DNA from: Octopus sinensis
Taxonomy: Eukaryota
Length of the DNA: 64,000 nt
Reading direction: 5' to 3'
Assembly: GCF_006345805.1 (NCBI RefSeq)
Contig: NC_043002.1
Coordinates: 34,906,001-34,970,000, forward strand
Positions 1 to 13,200 of the stretch are shown piece by piece. How positions within the stretch are numbered: position 1 is the first letter of the stretch; every line of letters starts with the position of its first letter. Made by a program: the position numbers and the translations under genes. Under the pieces are notes generated by a model. That model ran no database searches, was not told the origin of the DNA, and was given only the letters and a program-made list of their open reading frames with translations.

Positions 1-296
1 ACTTATTCTATTGGTCGCTTTTACCAAACCGCTAAGTAACGGGGACATAAACACACCAGCATCGGTTGTCAAGTAATGCTAGGGAGACACACACAAACAC
101 ACACACGCATATACATATATACGACGGGCTTCTTTCAGTTTCCGCCTACCAAATCCACTCACAAGGCTTTGGTTGGCCCGAGGCTATGGTAGAAGACACT
201 TGCCTAAGGTGCCACGCAGTGACGCAGTGGGACTGAACCCGGAACCATGTGGTTGGTAAACAAGCTACTTACCACACAGCCACTCCTGCGCCTATG
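1..296 (-). mobile_element. tRNA-derived SINE (family S3, CORE-like body), cut by the window edge
   Basis: Minus strand reads GGCGCAGGAGTGGCTGTGTGGTAAG (A-box-like), GGTTCAGTCC (B-box-like), then CCTTAGGCAAGTGTCTTC. Homologous copies at ~17381, ~21072, ~36314 and ~37755. Confidence 0.75.
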
Positions 297-539
297 TATA
301 TGTATATTTTTATTAATATTTAGCACCTCAAGTTCCAAGTGTTTCTTGCCTTGGCACTTATCAAACAACACATGAAACTCTTGGACCTTGAATCATTTTG
401 TTACTTCTGCTAAATATTAATGTGGCTTCCCTTAACTTACAACCATCCACACTTATGACCACAAAAAAATAAAATAAAAAATCAATTTTTGGACATTGGG
501 GAGCTGTGCATATGATAGCTATGGTAGCATCTGGCAGTG

Positions 540-2830
540 CAAGCCTCTCTTAGACCCAGGCATCCACTGTCTCTCATGCTCAATATCCTGAGATCAGTCT
601 TCACTACTTCATCTCGCATCTTCCCAGGTATTCCTCTTTAACCCTTTGGTGTTTAAGCCAGCTATATCCAGCCCAAATATCCTACATGTTTTACATTCAA
701 ACTGGCCATATCTAGTCCCTCACACCTAACCTACATTGACATTCTAAGAAAAAATTATCACACCATTGAAACTTCATAGCTGTAAGATAATGTATGATTA
801 ATTGAAAATAATTTGAGTGAAAAAAGTATTACATTTAACAAATTAATCTGAACACTAAAGGGTTAACAAGTTTCACCCTGATTTAATGATCAGTATTTCT
901 TTATGCAGCTGTCCTCATCCATACAATCTACAGTCCATATCACCATACTGGCACAGTTTTTGCACATATCTGATGCCTATTAAGTCTAATTTTTTTCTCA
1001 ACACACTTTCACCTTGTCATACATGTACACTGACATTGCATATCCATCAGGGAATGGTAGCACCATTTGTTCTTAGTTTTCACATCCTCTACATTTATAG
1101 TCCACATTTCACAACCATGTAGCATTACTGTTCATACACAAATGTCATACATTTTTCATTGAGAGAGAGAAGCCTTTTGCAACCAACAGAGTGCTCTCTG
1201 AACTTTTACCAGTCAGCTCTTTTTCTAGTAGCTACACCTTCAGAACATCCTCCCCTTCTCTACCACTTATGTTCCTTGGCTTGCACTGGGTATACTATAA
1301 GGAATTTCTGCCTACATCTATTTTACATATCAAATAAGGCCATTTACATGAAGTGATTTAGTGTTATGTCTGTTTTCCTTCTTACTAGAACTTTGAGTTA
1401 TGCTAAGTTAACTTCAAGGCCTTTTGACTCCATTTTGCCTCCACACATTGAATTTTTTTCTAACTGTATTATAGAATCAGCTTAGAACAAGGTCAACAGC
1501 ATAGAGGAATTCCCGAGGGTAATTGGTCATGAACTCTTTTGTAATGGCCTGGAGGACAATGATGAATAGGAAGGAAGGCGGTGAGCTGGCAGAAACGTTT
1601 GCATGCCAGGCGAAATGCTTTGTGTTATTTCGTCCGTTGCTGCATTCTGAGTTCAAATTCCACCGAGGTCGACTTTGCCTTTCATCCTTTAGGGGTCGAT
1701 AAATTAAGTACCAGTTGCGCACTGGGGTTGATGTAATCGACTTAATCTGTTTGTCCCCTCTATGTTCAGCCCCTTGTGAGCAATAAAAAAAAAATGATGA
1801 ATAGGAAGGGACTGAGAACCAAACCCTAGTGAACTTGTATCAACACACTAAATTCACTGCAAACTCTCACTTTACTGACAGCACTCCTGTACATGGCTAG
1901 AACAACTCTCACCAGTCCTTTAGCTGCCCCTAGCTTTTGCAGTAACCACCAGATCTGGGATCCAGGGACCCTGTTAAAGTCTATACACCAGGTCAATGAA
2001 TGCTGAGCATGACAATTTACTTTTGGCTTACTACCTCTCCTGCAATTGTCTTACTAGAAAGAGAGCCTCAGATGTACTTCTCCCTGGCACAAAACCAAAC
2101 TATATCTTATCTAGGTTAATGTTGCCTAATTAGTTGAGCTGTAACAGTTTCTATAACTTTCAGACCCAGACTACAGATCTGATATGTCTGTTAATTACTT
2201 CTCTCTAAGGGATCTTCTTTAGCCTTGTAATAGGTTACTACAATGCGGCTATACCAACTGATGGGTATAGTACCTTCTTGTACAACCTAATTAAGTATAC
2301 TGGTGACTAGGCTGTCCCACTCTACCAAATATTTTAAGGGTCTCAGTAGTAATTCCTGATAGACCAGGAGCTTTCCCTGTTTTCATATCCTTAATTACTC
2401 TGCTTATAATACCACTGTTAACTAAAATAACAGATCTCTCAGCTGTGTTCACATCAGGAAGACTCTCTTTTTCCCAAGCATCCTCCACATTCAGTAGGAT
2501 TTCATTGTAACAAATCTATGCTTCTTTCTTTCCAAAATTACCAACACCTGATTATCTCTGATACACCACATGCTGTATAACATTGACAAACCAGTTACTT
2601 TCTGCTTCTCCTCTTGCTACATAAACCTGTCACCTATCTTCTCTTTTAGGTACAGGATATAATTCTCTGCTGACCCCATTATTCCAATTCTCAAGTCAGT
2701 CTCCTAGCTTTTATGACTTTGTCTAATCTGTTTCACCAATCATGTCATTCTCTGCTTGGATGGAACTTCACATCAGCTACAGATAATTGGTCTGTAACTC
2801 TCAGTAAGTTGTCCTGTAGGAACTTTTAGC
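540..2830 (-). mobile_element. Degenerate RTE-clade LINE, interrupted by a SINE
   Basis: ORF 2291-2488 (WEKESLPDV...MKTGKAPGLSGIT) is homologous to the RTE at 10244-12236 (WDKESLPNV...MKTGKAPGPSGIT). Segment 1150-1470 matches the post-YADD region of the same family. Confidence 0.7.
1576..1792 (+). mobile_element. tRNA-derived SINE (family S1) with 17-bp target-site duplication
   Basis: Head GGCGGTGAGCTGGCAGAA, B-box GAGTTCAAATTCC, A-rich tail. AATGATGAATAGGAAGG is duplicated at 1558-1574 and 1793-1809. Confidence 0.85.
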
Positions 2831-2921
2831 TATCCTCTATGCTGTATGTTCCTATTTCCTTTCCTTTTTGTCAAATGCTTTTCTAAATTTCTATGCACAC
2901 ATCATATGTGTGTGTGTGTAT

Positions 2922-2953
<32 letters not shown>

Positions 2954-4145
2954 CACACATACATAAATACATATAAATATTATATGTACACATATACAAA
3001 TACATATATAAATATGTGCACACAATCAAGAAAGATAGTGTGAAGAGGAAGGAAACCGTACCCAATACAAAATATTAAGATATATTCACTAGACACTGAA
3101 AAACTTCATTATTATTACTCCATGTTGGCCACCTCTGATCTTCGAAAGATAATAAAAGATAGATCATAAAAGAGAGAGTCGGAATAATATAAAATGACCG
3201 TCCCGATATATATATCCAACCCATGCCGGCCTGGAAAGCGAACGTTAAATGATGATAAACAAAACATTATTTCTTCGAAGCTGAGTATGCAGATCCCTGC
3301 TCGAAGAGTTTTCCATTAAGCATCATTGAAATTCCATACTGCACAACCAATCTCAGTATCTCAGCATTTCATATATATATATACACATTACTTTGAGTGT
3401 GCGTGTGTGTATGTGAATGTGTGTGTACATGGACATCGCAGAATATGTGATGCAGTGTTTATAGACATCATCAGAATTGCATGTTGCTACGTTTTTATAA
3501 ATTTACGTCAGACAGGCTCAAAGAAATTCAAGTATATTTTGAAGAGCATGAAATATTTTGTAAATTATTGTATTGTTTTATACTAATCAATGTACAAAGG
3601 GAGTAAATAATTGTGCGAGTAATATAAAGATGTGCTTCTCGGGTGTGATTAGGTCAACGAAACAGGTCAGATGATGTAAATGGGTCAATGTAGTGTTAAG
3701 TGTAGGCTCTTATGGGTTTACACCGTTTAAAAATATAGCAACATTGACGGGAATGGAACGAAAACAGAAGGAATTTGACACTCTTCCAAGCTAATATTCC
3801 AATTAAACACGTAAACTTGGAGTGAAGTGGTACTAAAGCGTTGTAATCTTCACCTTTGCAAAGTTAATCAAAGAACAAACAGACCGATGGGAAATAATGT
3901 TTGATTATTTAAGAGCGTGTATTGTTTATTTTAGCGCCAGTGACAGTAGAGACGAAATATAGCGACCGTTATGAATCTATGGGGACATTAACTTGTCAAA
4001 TTAACACCATAACAGGCAAGTTGGAGTTAAACATTAAAAAAATACAATTATAGCTTCCTATTGTAAAAGGATGGAGATTAAATAGAACAAAAGATAGTTT
4101 TCTGTTGATGGCGTGCGTGTGATCGACTTACAAATATATATTTAC

Positions 4146-4443
4146 CTTGGTTGTCCACGTGGCATTCAAGAAAAGCTTTTCTTGAATCTTCCGCTTTATG
4201 CAGCACTTCTCTCCAGACCTGTTCTGTTGCAGGTCGTTCTGAGTCGCTCTCAGCTCCGCTTGAGTTGCTCGGGTCACTTTTCGGATCTCGCACAAAGTAT
4301 AGCACGCCAGCTCTCAATCTGAAATCCTTGGATCTTTTTCTTACACACCGTTTGTCCGAGTCAGATAGTCCTTCAGGATATTGTCCGTGTCTAAGGTAAT
4401 GACTAACAGCCGATAGATCGACATGCTTCTTTTTAATCTTCAT
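4146..4443 (-). CDS. First coding exon (99 codons plus 1 nt) of a protein with an integrase-type H2C2 / ZBTB11-N-terminus-like domain; later exons not found in the window
   Basis: AAAC-ATG start. Non-repetitive ORF MKIKKKHVDLSAVSHYLRHGQYPEGLSDSDKRCVRKRSKDFRLRAGVLYF...EVLHKAEDSRKAFLECHVDNQG. Strong donor CAAG/GTAAAT at 4146/4145. The YL..G.YP.....KR..R.....F.L..G.LY...V........L..CH pattern resembles the ZBTB11 N-terminus and gypsy integrase H2C2 domains (judged by eye). Confidence 0.7.
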
Positions 4444-4489
4444 GTTTTATATAGGAAATTTAGAAATCCTGGGAAAATCTTTCATCGGG

Positions 4490-4600
4490 AGATTGCTTCC
4501 CCGACTACCATGGCCGCCGTCGGTCCTGAATAGAGTAATGGCCGCGCATAAAAATGTCCCGGATTTATTATTCCGGAAGTGAAAAAAACAATTAAATTTA
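4490..4600. promoter_or_regulatory. CpG-rich proximal promoter of the minus-strand gene
   Basis: Local CpG enrichment, ETS/GABP-type CCGGAAGTG at 4573-4581, and YY1-like ATGGCCGC twice (~4510, ~4538), all 50-140 bp upstream of the ATG. Confidence 0.5.
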
Positions 4601-7183
4601 GTCATGTAATTACGAAACGAATTGTTAAAAAGGCCATCCACACTTGATATACTGATTGAACTCTTTATTAATCAATACATGATATAGTTTATATATCTGC
4701 GATATAATTAGTTTTACACGATTAGTCACTTTATTTACATTTTGCCTTCGTAGATACAAATATTTCACCTGATTAATTTATTTGAACATTTGAGAAAATA
4801 TTCTATATAATTATTATTTTTACGGTTACGAATGCTGTTCATTTGGAAATAATTACAATATATCTGTTAATAACTTCGTTAGCATCTTTAAAATGCTCCC
4901 ACGCTAGATAATAATAATTTAAATATTTTTAGTTACACGACAACATATATTTCAGTGCAGATTCAAAACGTTTTTCATTTATTTTATTTTAGAGTAAAGG
5001 AGTATTTTCTTTGTTTAATTTCTTATAAAGTAAACAAAAGTCATTTAGTTTCGCTGGACTCCGTATTTCGTAAAGTAGATCTATGGCAGGTTTTTTTGAT
5101 AATTCTAAAATGTGTTACTTCTTTTATTGTTTTGAAAAATTATTATTTGGAAATTTGTTTTATTTCGAAATATTCTTTTTACCGTGATACAGAAAGAAAA
5201 TGAAATAAAATATGAGTATTATTTCTACAGAATAATGCAGCGGAGACTGTGTGAAGAGGAGGTTCATCTCGTACGATGCTTCAAAATAAAATTCCAACTT
5301 CCTGAGAGAAGCAGGCAGCCATTATTACTATGGCTTATGTTGATGAAAATATAAAATATATAAACTTTTTAAATCGTAGTGGTGAAATGTTGATAAATAA
5401 TCCGGGCGGATCTTCTAAACTGAACCGGTCATCATTTTACGCAGAGAAATATATAACAATATTTATGATGGCAGCCATCATCATTTCGCTTCACATCTTG
5501 CTCATCTCTCAATATTTCGTGTCATCCACTGCTATGTCAAGATAACACTAAACAGTTATATGTCATACCTCCCCCCACTCATATTATCCACTATTCTAAT
5601 GTAAATGTTCTGTTATAGACGTAAAGAAAAAAAAATGAATAATAATAAAATTTAACTGGTTAGCTGCTACACTTAGAAACAGATTGAACGTTGTCTAATT
5701 ACCCAGATTATATTAAACGATGTATTGATTTTCTAAACCGTATAGCTCTAATTTTCCTTTGATATAAACTGAGATTATGTATAACCATTTAGTCTGTTAT
5801 CGTTATAAACATCGGTGTGGTTTTAATTAATATAAAAAATTATTGGATCTCGGTAGCAATTAGGATGATGTAAGATATTCATGTTGAATTAAAGCGATAC
5901 TTCATTGTAAGGTTAACGTAAAGCTATCAACTGGGCAGGATAAAAGAATTCTATGTTCTCTAACATCATCTCGACATTAAAGGAAACAATAAAGATTCTC
6001 TTCATTTCGCGGGAAAAACTAATGACGACACCGGGAATACTCCGGACGGCGTTGTCGCCTAACAACACCATGCTCAGTCATGGTTATTTCTAATATATAA
6101 AATATATTGTATTTTACATATACTGTCTATATACGATTCGAACTGCGATGTTCTTTTGACAAAGTGGGTGTGTGCTACGCAGTGTAGTGATAATCACAGA
6201 CTCGGGAAAATCGACGCTTCGTGCCTGGAATCGATTAATGTCACCTCATTACGTATGTTTAGTTTTATTGATAGAACTATATTGATTGTACACTATAATA
6301 TTGTATGCTGTTGTGTTCACTGCAGTTATGTTGATTATATATTCGGTTTGTTAATCCTGTAATATTTGTTTATTAATTTCAGAAAGGTCATTCAGATAAA
6401 GAAAGGTCGAATAATTTTGTAATCTATGATCACTAATTCAGAATTGCACAAAAATAATATTTTTTTTAAAAAACTTAATCCTTTAAATTTTAAGGGAGAA
6501 GCATAGTAAATTATAGTTTTCTCCTCGAAGATATTTCCTTCTTTCGATCATAAGTGACAAGAGCACCTCGAGTTAAAACATTCTTCTAAGAATTAGAAAA
6601 TACTTCAACCCCTATTAGCTACTGACTTTCTCCAAAGATTAAATAACGCTCGCACTTGGAGTATATAGTACACGTATTTGGAACGGAATTACTGCTACAC
6701 AAACACAAACAACCTCTACACATCCCAAATAAGGTTATTTGACTGATTGATAAAACTAACAGACGTCAACCACTAGCTCACAGAGATGCTGTTTCTGCCT
6801 CTTCTATACATTATTACAATAGCCTCGTAACTCGATACATACCCTCACCATTCAGATGTACTCTTCCTGTCTCTCTTTCCGTGTCACCCTTCCAATACCT
6901 CACCGCCATGCATTAAAAACTTTACCCAGTCCTTTCTTCCCACAACGCCCCACCCCTAAATTTCCCTTATTTTTGCTGTCGACAATACCCTAGTAATGTT
7001 TAAAATGAAACATCGACTATACCAATCCCACCCAATCTTCCACAGTTGTGGGCACTGTCCTCTCTTCTTTGACTTGTGTGTGTGTATATATATATATACC
7101 GAAGTAAATACATAAATGTGAAACAAGGTGGACAAAAGAGTACTCAAATACCAGTGGTAGAGTAATTAAAGTATATATATATA

Positions 7184-7521
7184 GGCGCATGGCTCAGTGG
7201 TTAGAGCGTCGAGCTTACGATCGTGAGGTTGTGAGCTCGAATCCCGGACCGGGCTGCGTGTTGTGTTCTTGAGCAAAACACTTTATTTCACGTTGCTCCA
7301 GTTCACTCAGCTGTAGAAATGAGTTGCGACGTCACTGGTTCCAAGCTGTATCGACCTTTGTCTTTCCCTTGGATAACACTGGTGGCGTGGAGAGGGGAGG
7401 CCGGTATGCATGGGCGACTGCTGGTCTTCCATAAACAACCTTGCCCGGACTTGTGTCTAGGAGGGTAACTTTCTAGGTGCAATCCCATGGTCATTCATGA
7501 CCGAAGGGGGTCTTTACCCTT
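7184..7521 (+). mobile_element. tRNA-derived SINE (family S2), apparently full length
   Basis: A-box TGGCTCAGTGG and B-box-like GCTCGAATCC, followed by ~270 bp of non-tRNA body. Related minus-strand copies at ~51972-52266 and ~15368-15565. Confidence 0.8.
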
Positions 7522-7536
7522 TATATATATATATGC

Positions 7537-7582
<46 letters not shown>

Positions 7583-7614
7583 TATATATATATATATATA
7601 CACACACACATATA

Positions 7615-7945
7615 TCATCATCATCATTTAGCGTCCGTTTTCCATGCTAGCATGGGTTGGACGGTTCAACTGGGGTCTGTGAAGCCGGAAGGCTGCATCA
7701 GGCCCAGTCTGATCTGGCAGTGTTTCTACGGCTGGATGCCCTTCCTAACGCCAACCACTCCGTGAGTGTAGTGGGTGCTTTTTACGTGCCACCCGCACAG
7801 GTGCCAGACGGAGCTGGCAAACGGCCATGAACGGATGGTGCTTTTACGTGCCACTGGCATGGGGGCCAGGCGTGGCTGGCAACGGACACGAGCGGATGGT
7901 GCTTTTACGTGCCGCCGGCACGGGGCCAGGCGAGGCTGGCTACGG
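7615..7945 (-). mobile_element. Short element sharing the RTE LINE 3' tail (family S4)
   Basis: (CAT)n tail, TCCATGCTAGCATGGGTTGGACGG and GGATGCCCTTCCTAACGCCAACC motifs, essentially the same as the LINE 3' end at 14390-14549. Confidence 0.8.
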
Positions 7946-8564
7946 CCACATATATATATATACATATATATACACACATATATATATACACACACACACA
8001 CACATATATATACACACACACACACATATATATATATACACATATATATATATATATATACACACATATATACATCTCTTATTATAAAAGGCAGATTTTA
8101 TCTGCCTCCCTTTGGGAGTTATACAAATCTACAATATAGGATTTCTTCAATTACAATTTACCTAGCATTTTTAACAGTACAATGCATCGCGTCATGCCAG
8201 GTCCAGTTTTAAAAATTTAAACTCCAATTAAGCAAAATTTACAGAAAACTCACATTTTGGTGTGTGTGTCAAATGCTTTTCTTAGTGTGGGTTACACCAC
8301 ACGCAAACGCACACACACAGTGGGCAACAAATAAAATGAAAGTAAATAGCGACAGAGTGATTTGAGGAAGACTAAACTGAAAGTATTCTGTCTATGACGC
8401 TGATAGATACATGAGTAAAATGTATGGGAAGCTAAGAGCTAAGAGTGAGTGAAAATGTTCTTGGAAGAGAGTAAATAGCGAGAGAGAGAGAGAGAGTGAT
8501 TTGACGAAGACTTTACATTAAATAACCGTAGTGGCTTGTGTTAGTAATAAAGTAAACATACACT

Positions 8565-8579
8565 CATACATACATACAT

Positions 8580-8610
<31 letters not shown>

Positions 8611-8720
8611 TACATACATACACACACACATACATACATACACACATACATACATACATATACATACATACATACATATACATACATACATACACACACA
8701 CACATACACACACACACAGT
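8565..8720. repeat. (TACA)n/(CA)n compound microsatellite
   Basis: Direct reading. Confidence 0.95.
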
Positions 8721-8904
8721 ATTGAAGCTTGAGAACAATCAGATACATTTGCAACACATCTGTTGAAAATATTATTGTTCACACACATACATATACATAT
8801 ATACATACAGACAGACAGACAGATAGACACACACACACATGATCCAGCATGGCCACAACCTCAAGGCTGAAACATATAAAAGAATAACAGAATATAAATG
8901 TGTG

Positions 8905-9255
8905 CAAAGTACAAGAAATATTAATGCAGTATATGGGGATTGGACAATAAGCGTAAGGCAGTGTCAATGGTGGTTCCAGAAATCCCGAGCCATAAACTAC
9001 AGCCTAGAAGACGAGCCTCATCCTGAAAGATCTGTAGAACTCGATAAGGACATCCTGAAAACCCTGGTGGAACAAAATCTCATCGTAACTGTTGAGGAAC
9101 TAGCAGAGAAGCTTGGATTTGGTCATTCAACCATTCATTGAGACCTGTGTGCTATCGGAAAAGTCAGCAAATTGGGTCAATGGGTTCCTCACGAACTTTC
9201 CGAGTCTAATTGCATGCAGAGAGTGAATGTATGCTTTTCTTTGCTGTCACATCTC
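8905..9255 (+). mobile_element. Mariner transposase N-terminal fragment (same family as 25683-26961)
   Basis: RNINAVYG...WFQK...SLEDEPHPERSVELD...TVEELAEKLGFGHSTIH*...GQWVPHEL: helix-turn-helix region plus WVPHEL motif, with an internal stop. Confidence 0.85.
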
Positions 9256-9276
9256 ACCACTACTGCGCTATGTATA

Positions 9277-9800
9277 TCTATATATATAAAACTGTAGTTG
9301 TGTGAGTGTCTGTCCCCTTCGATTTAGATTCCTAACTACTCCCACATTTTGCGGTGCAGTTTAACCAAATTCGGGTAGCTTATAGTCGTGATTCATATCG
9401 AGCCCGTCTGAATATTAGCATGAGTCTACGATTTTAAAAATAATTTAACATCATTTTTTATTTCATTTTAATGCATAATTTTTCGTGTGTCGATGGCGGC
9501 GGAGTTGGCGTCCACGCTCACACCTGCACCTGTGGGGAAGGGAGTGTAAGGAAATCAACGTCGTAATGCGTTGTCAAGGAGACCAGTGTTCTTTTAGAAC
9601 AACGACTTCATGGCTTGAAGACACCAAAACAGAAATGGCTAAGAAAGCGTCTACATGAGTCTACGATTTAAAAAAAAATTTACCATCGTTTTTTTTCCAT
9701 TTTTAATGCATTTTTTGCTATTTTTTGGCTATAACTCTCTAAAAATGCTTATATAGTTATTTCCCTTACAAACCCGAGCAACGCCGGGCGATACTGCTAG
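9277..9800 (+). mobile_element. Non-autonomous Helitron
   Basis: A/TC 5' end (TCTATATATATAAAA), 3' hairpin CCCGAGCAACGCCGGG at 9773-9788, CTAG/T 3' end, inserted in an AT dinucleotide. Internal ~60-bp duplication (~9420 and ~9654). Confidence 0.75.
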
Positions 9801-9843
9801 TATATATATATATGCATATATATATATATATACACACATATAT

Positions 9844-9884
<41 letters not shown>

Positions 9885-9964
9885 TATATATATATACACA
9901 TATATATACACACACACACACATATATATATATTATATATATATATACACATATATATATATAT

Positions 9965-10010
<46 letters not shown>

Positions 10011-10027
10011 CACATATATATATATAT

Positions 10028-10076
<49 letters not shown>

Positions 10077-10199
10077 ACACATATATATATATATATACAC
10101 ATATATATATATATACACACATATATATATATATACACACATTATATATATATATATATATATATAACACATATATATATATTATATACACATATATAT

Positions 10200-10243
<44 letters not shown>
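9801..10243. repeat. Long compound (TA)n/(CA)n microsatellite
   Basis: Direct reading. Confidence 0.95.
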
Positions 10244-10247
<4 letters not shown>

Positions 10248-13200
10248 CACAACGGTGGTAGCAGGGAAGTGTATCAGACTGCCAGAAGGGAAGCTAGGAG
10301 ACAGGTCTATCTAGCCAGAGGGGAAGCAGATAAAAGAAAATTTGCCAATGTCCTGCGCCGTGAGGATGAAAGACTTGAGGTATTTCGTGTTGCAAGACAG
10401 TGTGTGAGAGAGAATCGAGATGTGGTAGGAGAGAATGTGTTCGCATGGAGGATGGTTCACTTGCGCTAAATGAGGATGCAAAGAGAGAAGCTTGGAGACG
10501 CCACTATGAAAGGTTGCTGAATGAGGAAAATGAATGGGATAAAGAGAGTCTGCCGAATGTTGACCCAACAGAGGGACCAGCTATCCGAGTTGATAGTTCC
10601 GTGGTAGCTAAGGCAATTAGAAGCATGAAGACAGGGAAAGCCCAGGCCCATCAGGAATTACTGCAGAGATGCTCAAAATATCTGGTAGTGTCGGCTATAG
10701 CATAGTCACCCGTATAGTTAACCAGGTGATACACGAAGGAGTCATACCCAATGACTGGTGTAGCAGCATAATAGTCAACTGCTACAAAGGTAAAGGCGAT
10801 GCCCTAGATACAAATAACTACAGGGGCATCAAGCTGTTGGATCAGGTAATGAAGGTTACGGAGAGGGTTATAGCCCAGTTAATTAGAGAGAGAGTTAGCT
10901 TAGATGATATGCAGTTTGGGTTCGTGCCAGGGAAAAGTACTACTGATGCTATATTCCTGGTAAGACAGCTGCAGGAGAAATACCTAGCCAAGGTAAGCCC
11001 TTGTACCTGGCTTTTGTTGACTTAGAGAAAGCCTTTGACAGGGTCCCCCGATCCCTTATCTGGTGGTCAATGAGGAAACTAGGGATAGATGAATGGTTAG
11101 TGAGAGCTGTGCGAGCCATGTACAGAGACGCAGCTAGTAAGGTGAGGGTTGGCAACGAGTACAGTGAAGAATTCCGGGTAGAGGTTGGGGTCCACCAAGG
11201 TTCAGTCCTCAGCCTCCTCCTATTATCATAGTCCTCCAGGCAATAACGGAAGAATTTAAGACAGGATGCCCCTGGGAGCTCCTATATGCTGATGACCTTG
11301 CTCTAATTGCTGAGTCACTATCAGAACTGGAGGAGAAGTTTCAGGTGTGGAAACAAGGATTAGAATCGAAGGGCCTTAGAATCAACCTAGCCAAAACCAA
11401 AGTCCTAATAAGTAGGAAGGTGGACCAACCACAAACGACTTCAGGTAGATGGCCCTGCTCGATCTGTAAAAAAGGTGTAGGTAGAAACTCTATAAGGTGC
11501 ACCAAGTGTAAGCTATGGACACATAGAGGTGCAGCAATGTCAAAGGAAGGCTAACTAAGAAAATAGTTTTTGTCTGTGGCAGATGCTCAGGAGAAATAAA
11601 CACTGGAAATGTGCAGAGACCAACTTCTACCACGTTCCAGGGAGACAAACTAGAAGTAGTTGATAGCTTCCGCTACCTAGGAGACCAAGTCAGTAGCGGG
11701 GGTGGGTGTGCTGAAAGTGTAACTGCTAGAGTAGAATAGCCTGGGCAAAGTTTAGAGAGCTCTTACCCCTGCTGGTGACAAAAGGCCTCTCGCTAAGAGT
11801 AAAAGGCAGACTATATGATGCGTGTGTACGTACAGCCATGCTACATGGTAGTGAAACATGGGCCGTGACAGCTGAGGATATGCGTAAGCTTGCAAGAAAT
11901 GAAGCCAGTATGCTCCGATGGATGTGTAATGTCAGTGTTCATAATCGTCAGAGTGTAAGTACTTTGAGAGAAAAGTTGAACCTAAGAAGTGTCAGTTGTG
12001 GTGTGCAAGAGAGACGGCTGCGCTGGTATGGTCATGTGACGAGAATGGCTGAAGATAGTTGTGTGCAAAAGTGCTACACCCTAGCAGTTGAGGGAACCTG
12101 TGGAAGAGGTAGACCCAGGAAAACCTGGGACGAGGTGGTGAAGCACGACCTTCGAACTTTAGGTCTCACCAAGGAAATAACTGAAGACCGAGTCCTATGG
12201 AAGTGTGCTGTGCATGAGAGGACCCGGCAGGACTAGTCAGGCCATATCCCGTGGCCCCTACCTGGGACGTAGTCGATCCACCTGTGCATACCTTCCTTCT
12301 TGTGACACTTGTGAAGACCTGCTGAGGCAAGTGAAAATCAATCAAAATAGATGAACATCAATGGAATTTGTATCTTTGTGTTACCAATGCCTGTGGCACA
12401 CAAGAAAACCATCCGAACGTGGCCGTAGCCAGTACCGCATCGACTGGCCTCCGTGCTGTGGGAACATGGTGGCACATAAAAACACCATCCGAAGACCCGG
12501 CAAGACTAGTCAGGTCATAACCCGTGGGCCCTACCTGGGACGTAGTCAGTCCACCTGTACATACCTTCCTTCTTGTGACACTTGTGAAGACCTGTTGAGG
12601 CAAGTGAAAATCAAAAAAAAAATCAAATCAAAACAAATCAAAATAGATGAACATCAATGGAATTTGTATCTTTGTGGTACCAGTGCCGGTGGCACACAAG
12701 AATCCATCCGAACGTGGCCGTAGTCAGTACCGCTTGTGGTACCAGTGCCGGTGGCACACAAGAATCCATCCGAACGTGGCCGTAGTCAGTACCGCTTGTG
12801 GTACCAGTGCCGGTGGCACACAAGAATCCATCCGAACGTGGCCGTAGTCAGTACCGCATCTGGGCCATCGTGCTGTGGCACATAAAAACACCATCCGGTC
12901 GTGGCCGTAGCCAGCCTCATCTAGCGCCTGTGTCGGTGGCACATAAAAAGTAATCCGAGACCGGCAAGACTAGTCAAGCAATAAACCATGGCCCTACCTG
13001 GGACGAGTCAGTCCACTGTGCATACTTCCTCCTTGTGCTACTTGTGAAGGCCTGTTGAGGCACGTGAAATCAAAATCAAATCAATCAAAACAAATCAAAA
13101 TAGATGAACATCAAGGAATTGTATCTTTGTGGTACCAGGCCGGTGGGACAAGAGAAAACCATCTGAAAGTGGCCGTAGCCAGTACTGCATCGACTGGCCT

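Noticed and set aside
3429-3464. MDIAEYVMQC peptide resembling the second half of an integrase H2C2 motif
   Set aside because: It is on the plus strand while the H2C2 exon is on the minus strand, stops after 11 codons, and has no splice support; likely coincidence.
7184-7256. tRNA-like sequence with A and B boxes
   Set aside because: Acceptor and anticodon stems do not pair well and it continues into a 270-bp repeat body; it is a SINE head.
9729-10243. Long YI/HT/CV-rich ORFs here and at 7726-8139, 8518-8836 and 45585-46258
   Set aside because: They are translations of (TA)n, (CA)n and (TACA)n microsatellites that happen to lack stops.
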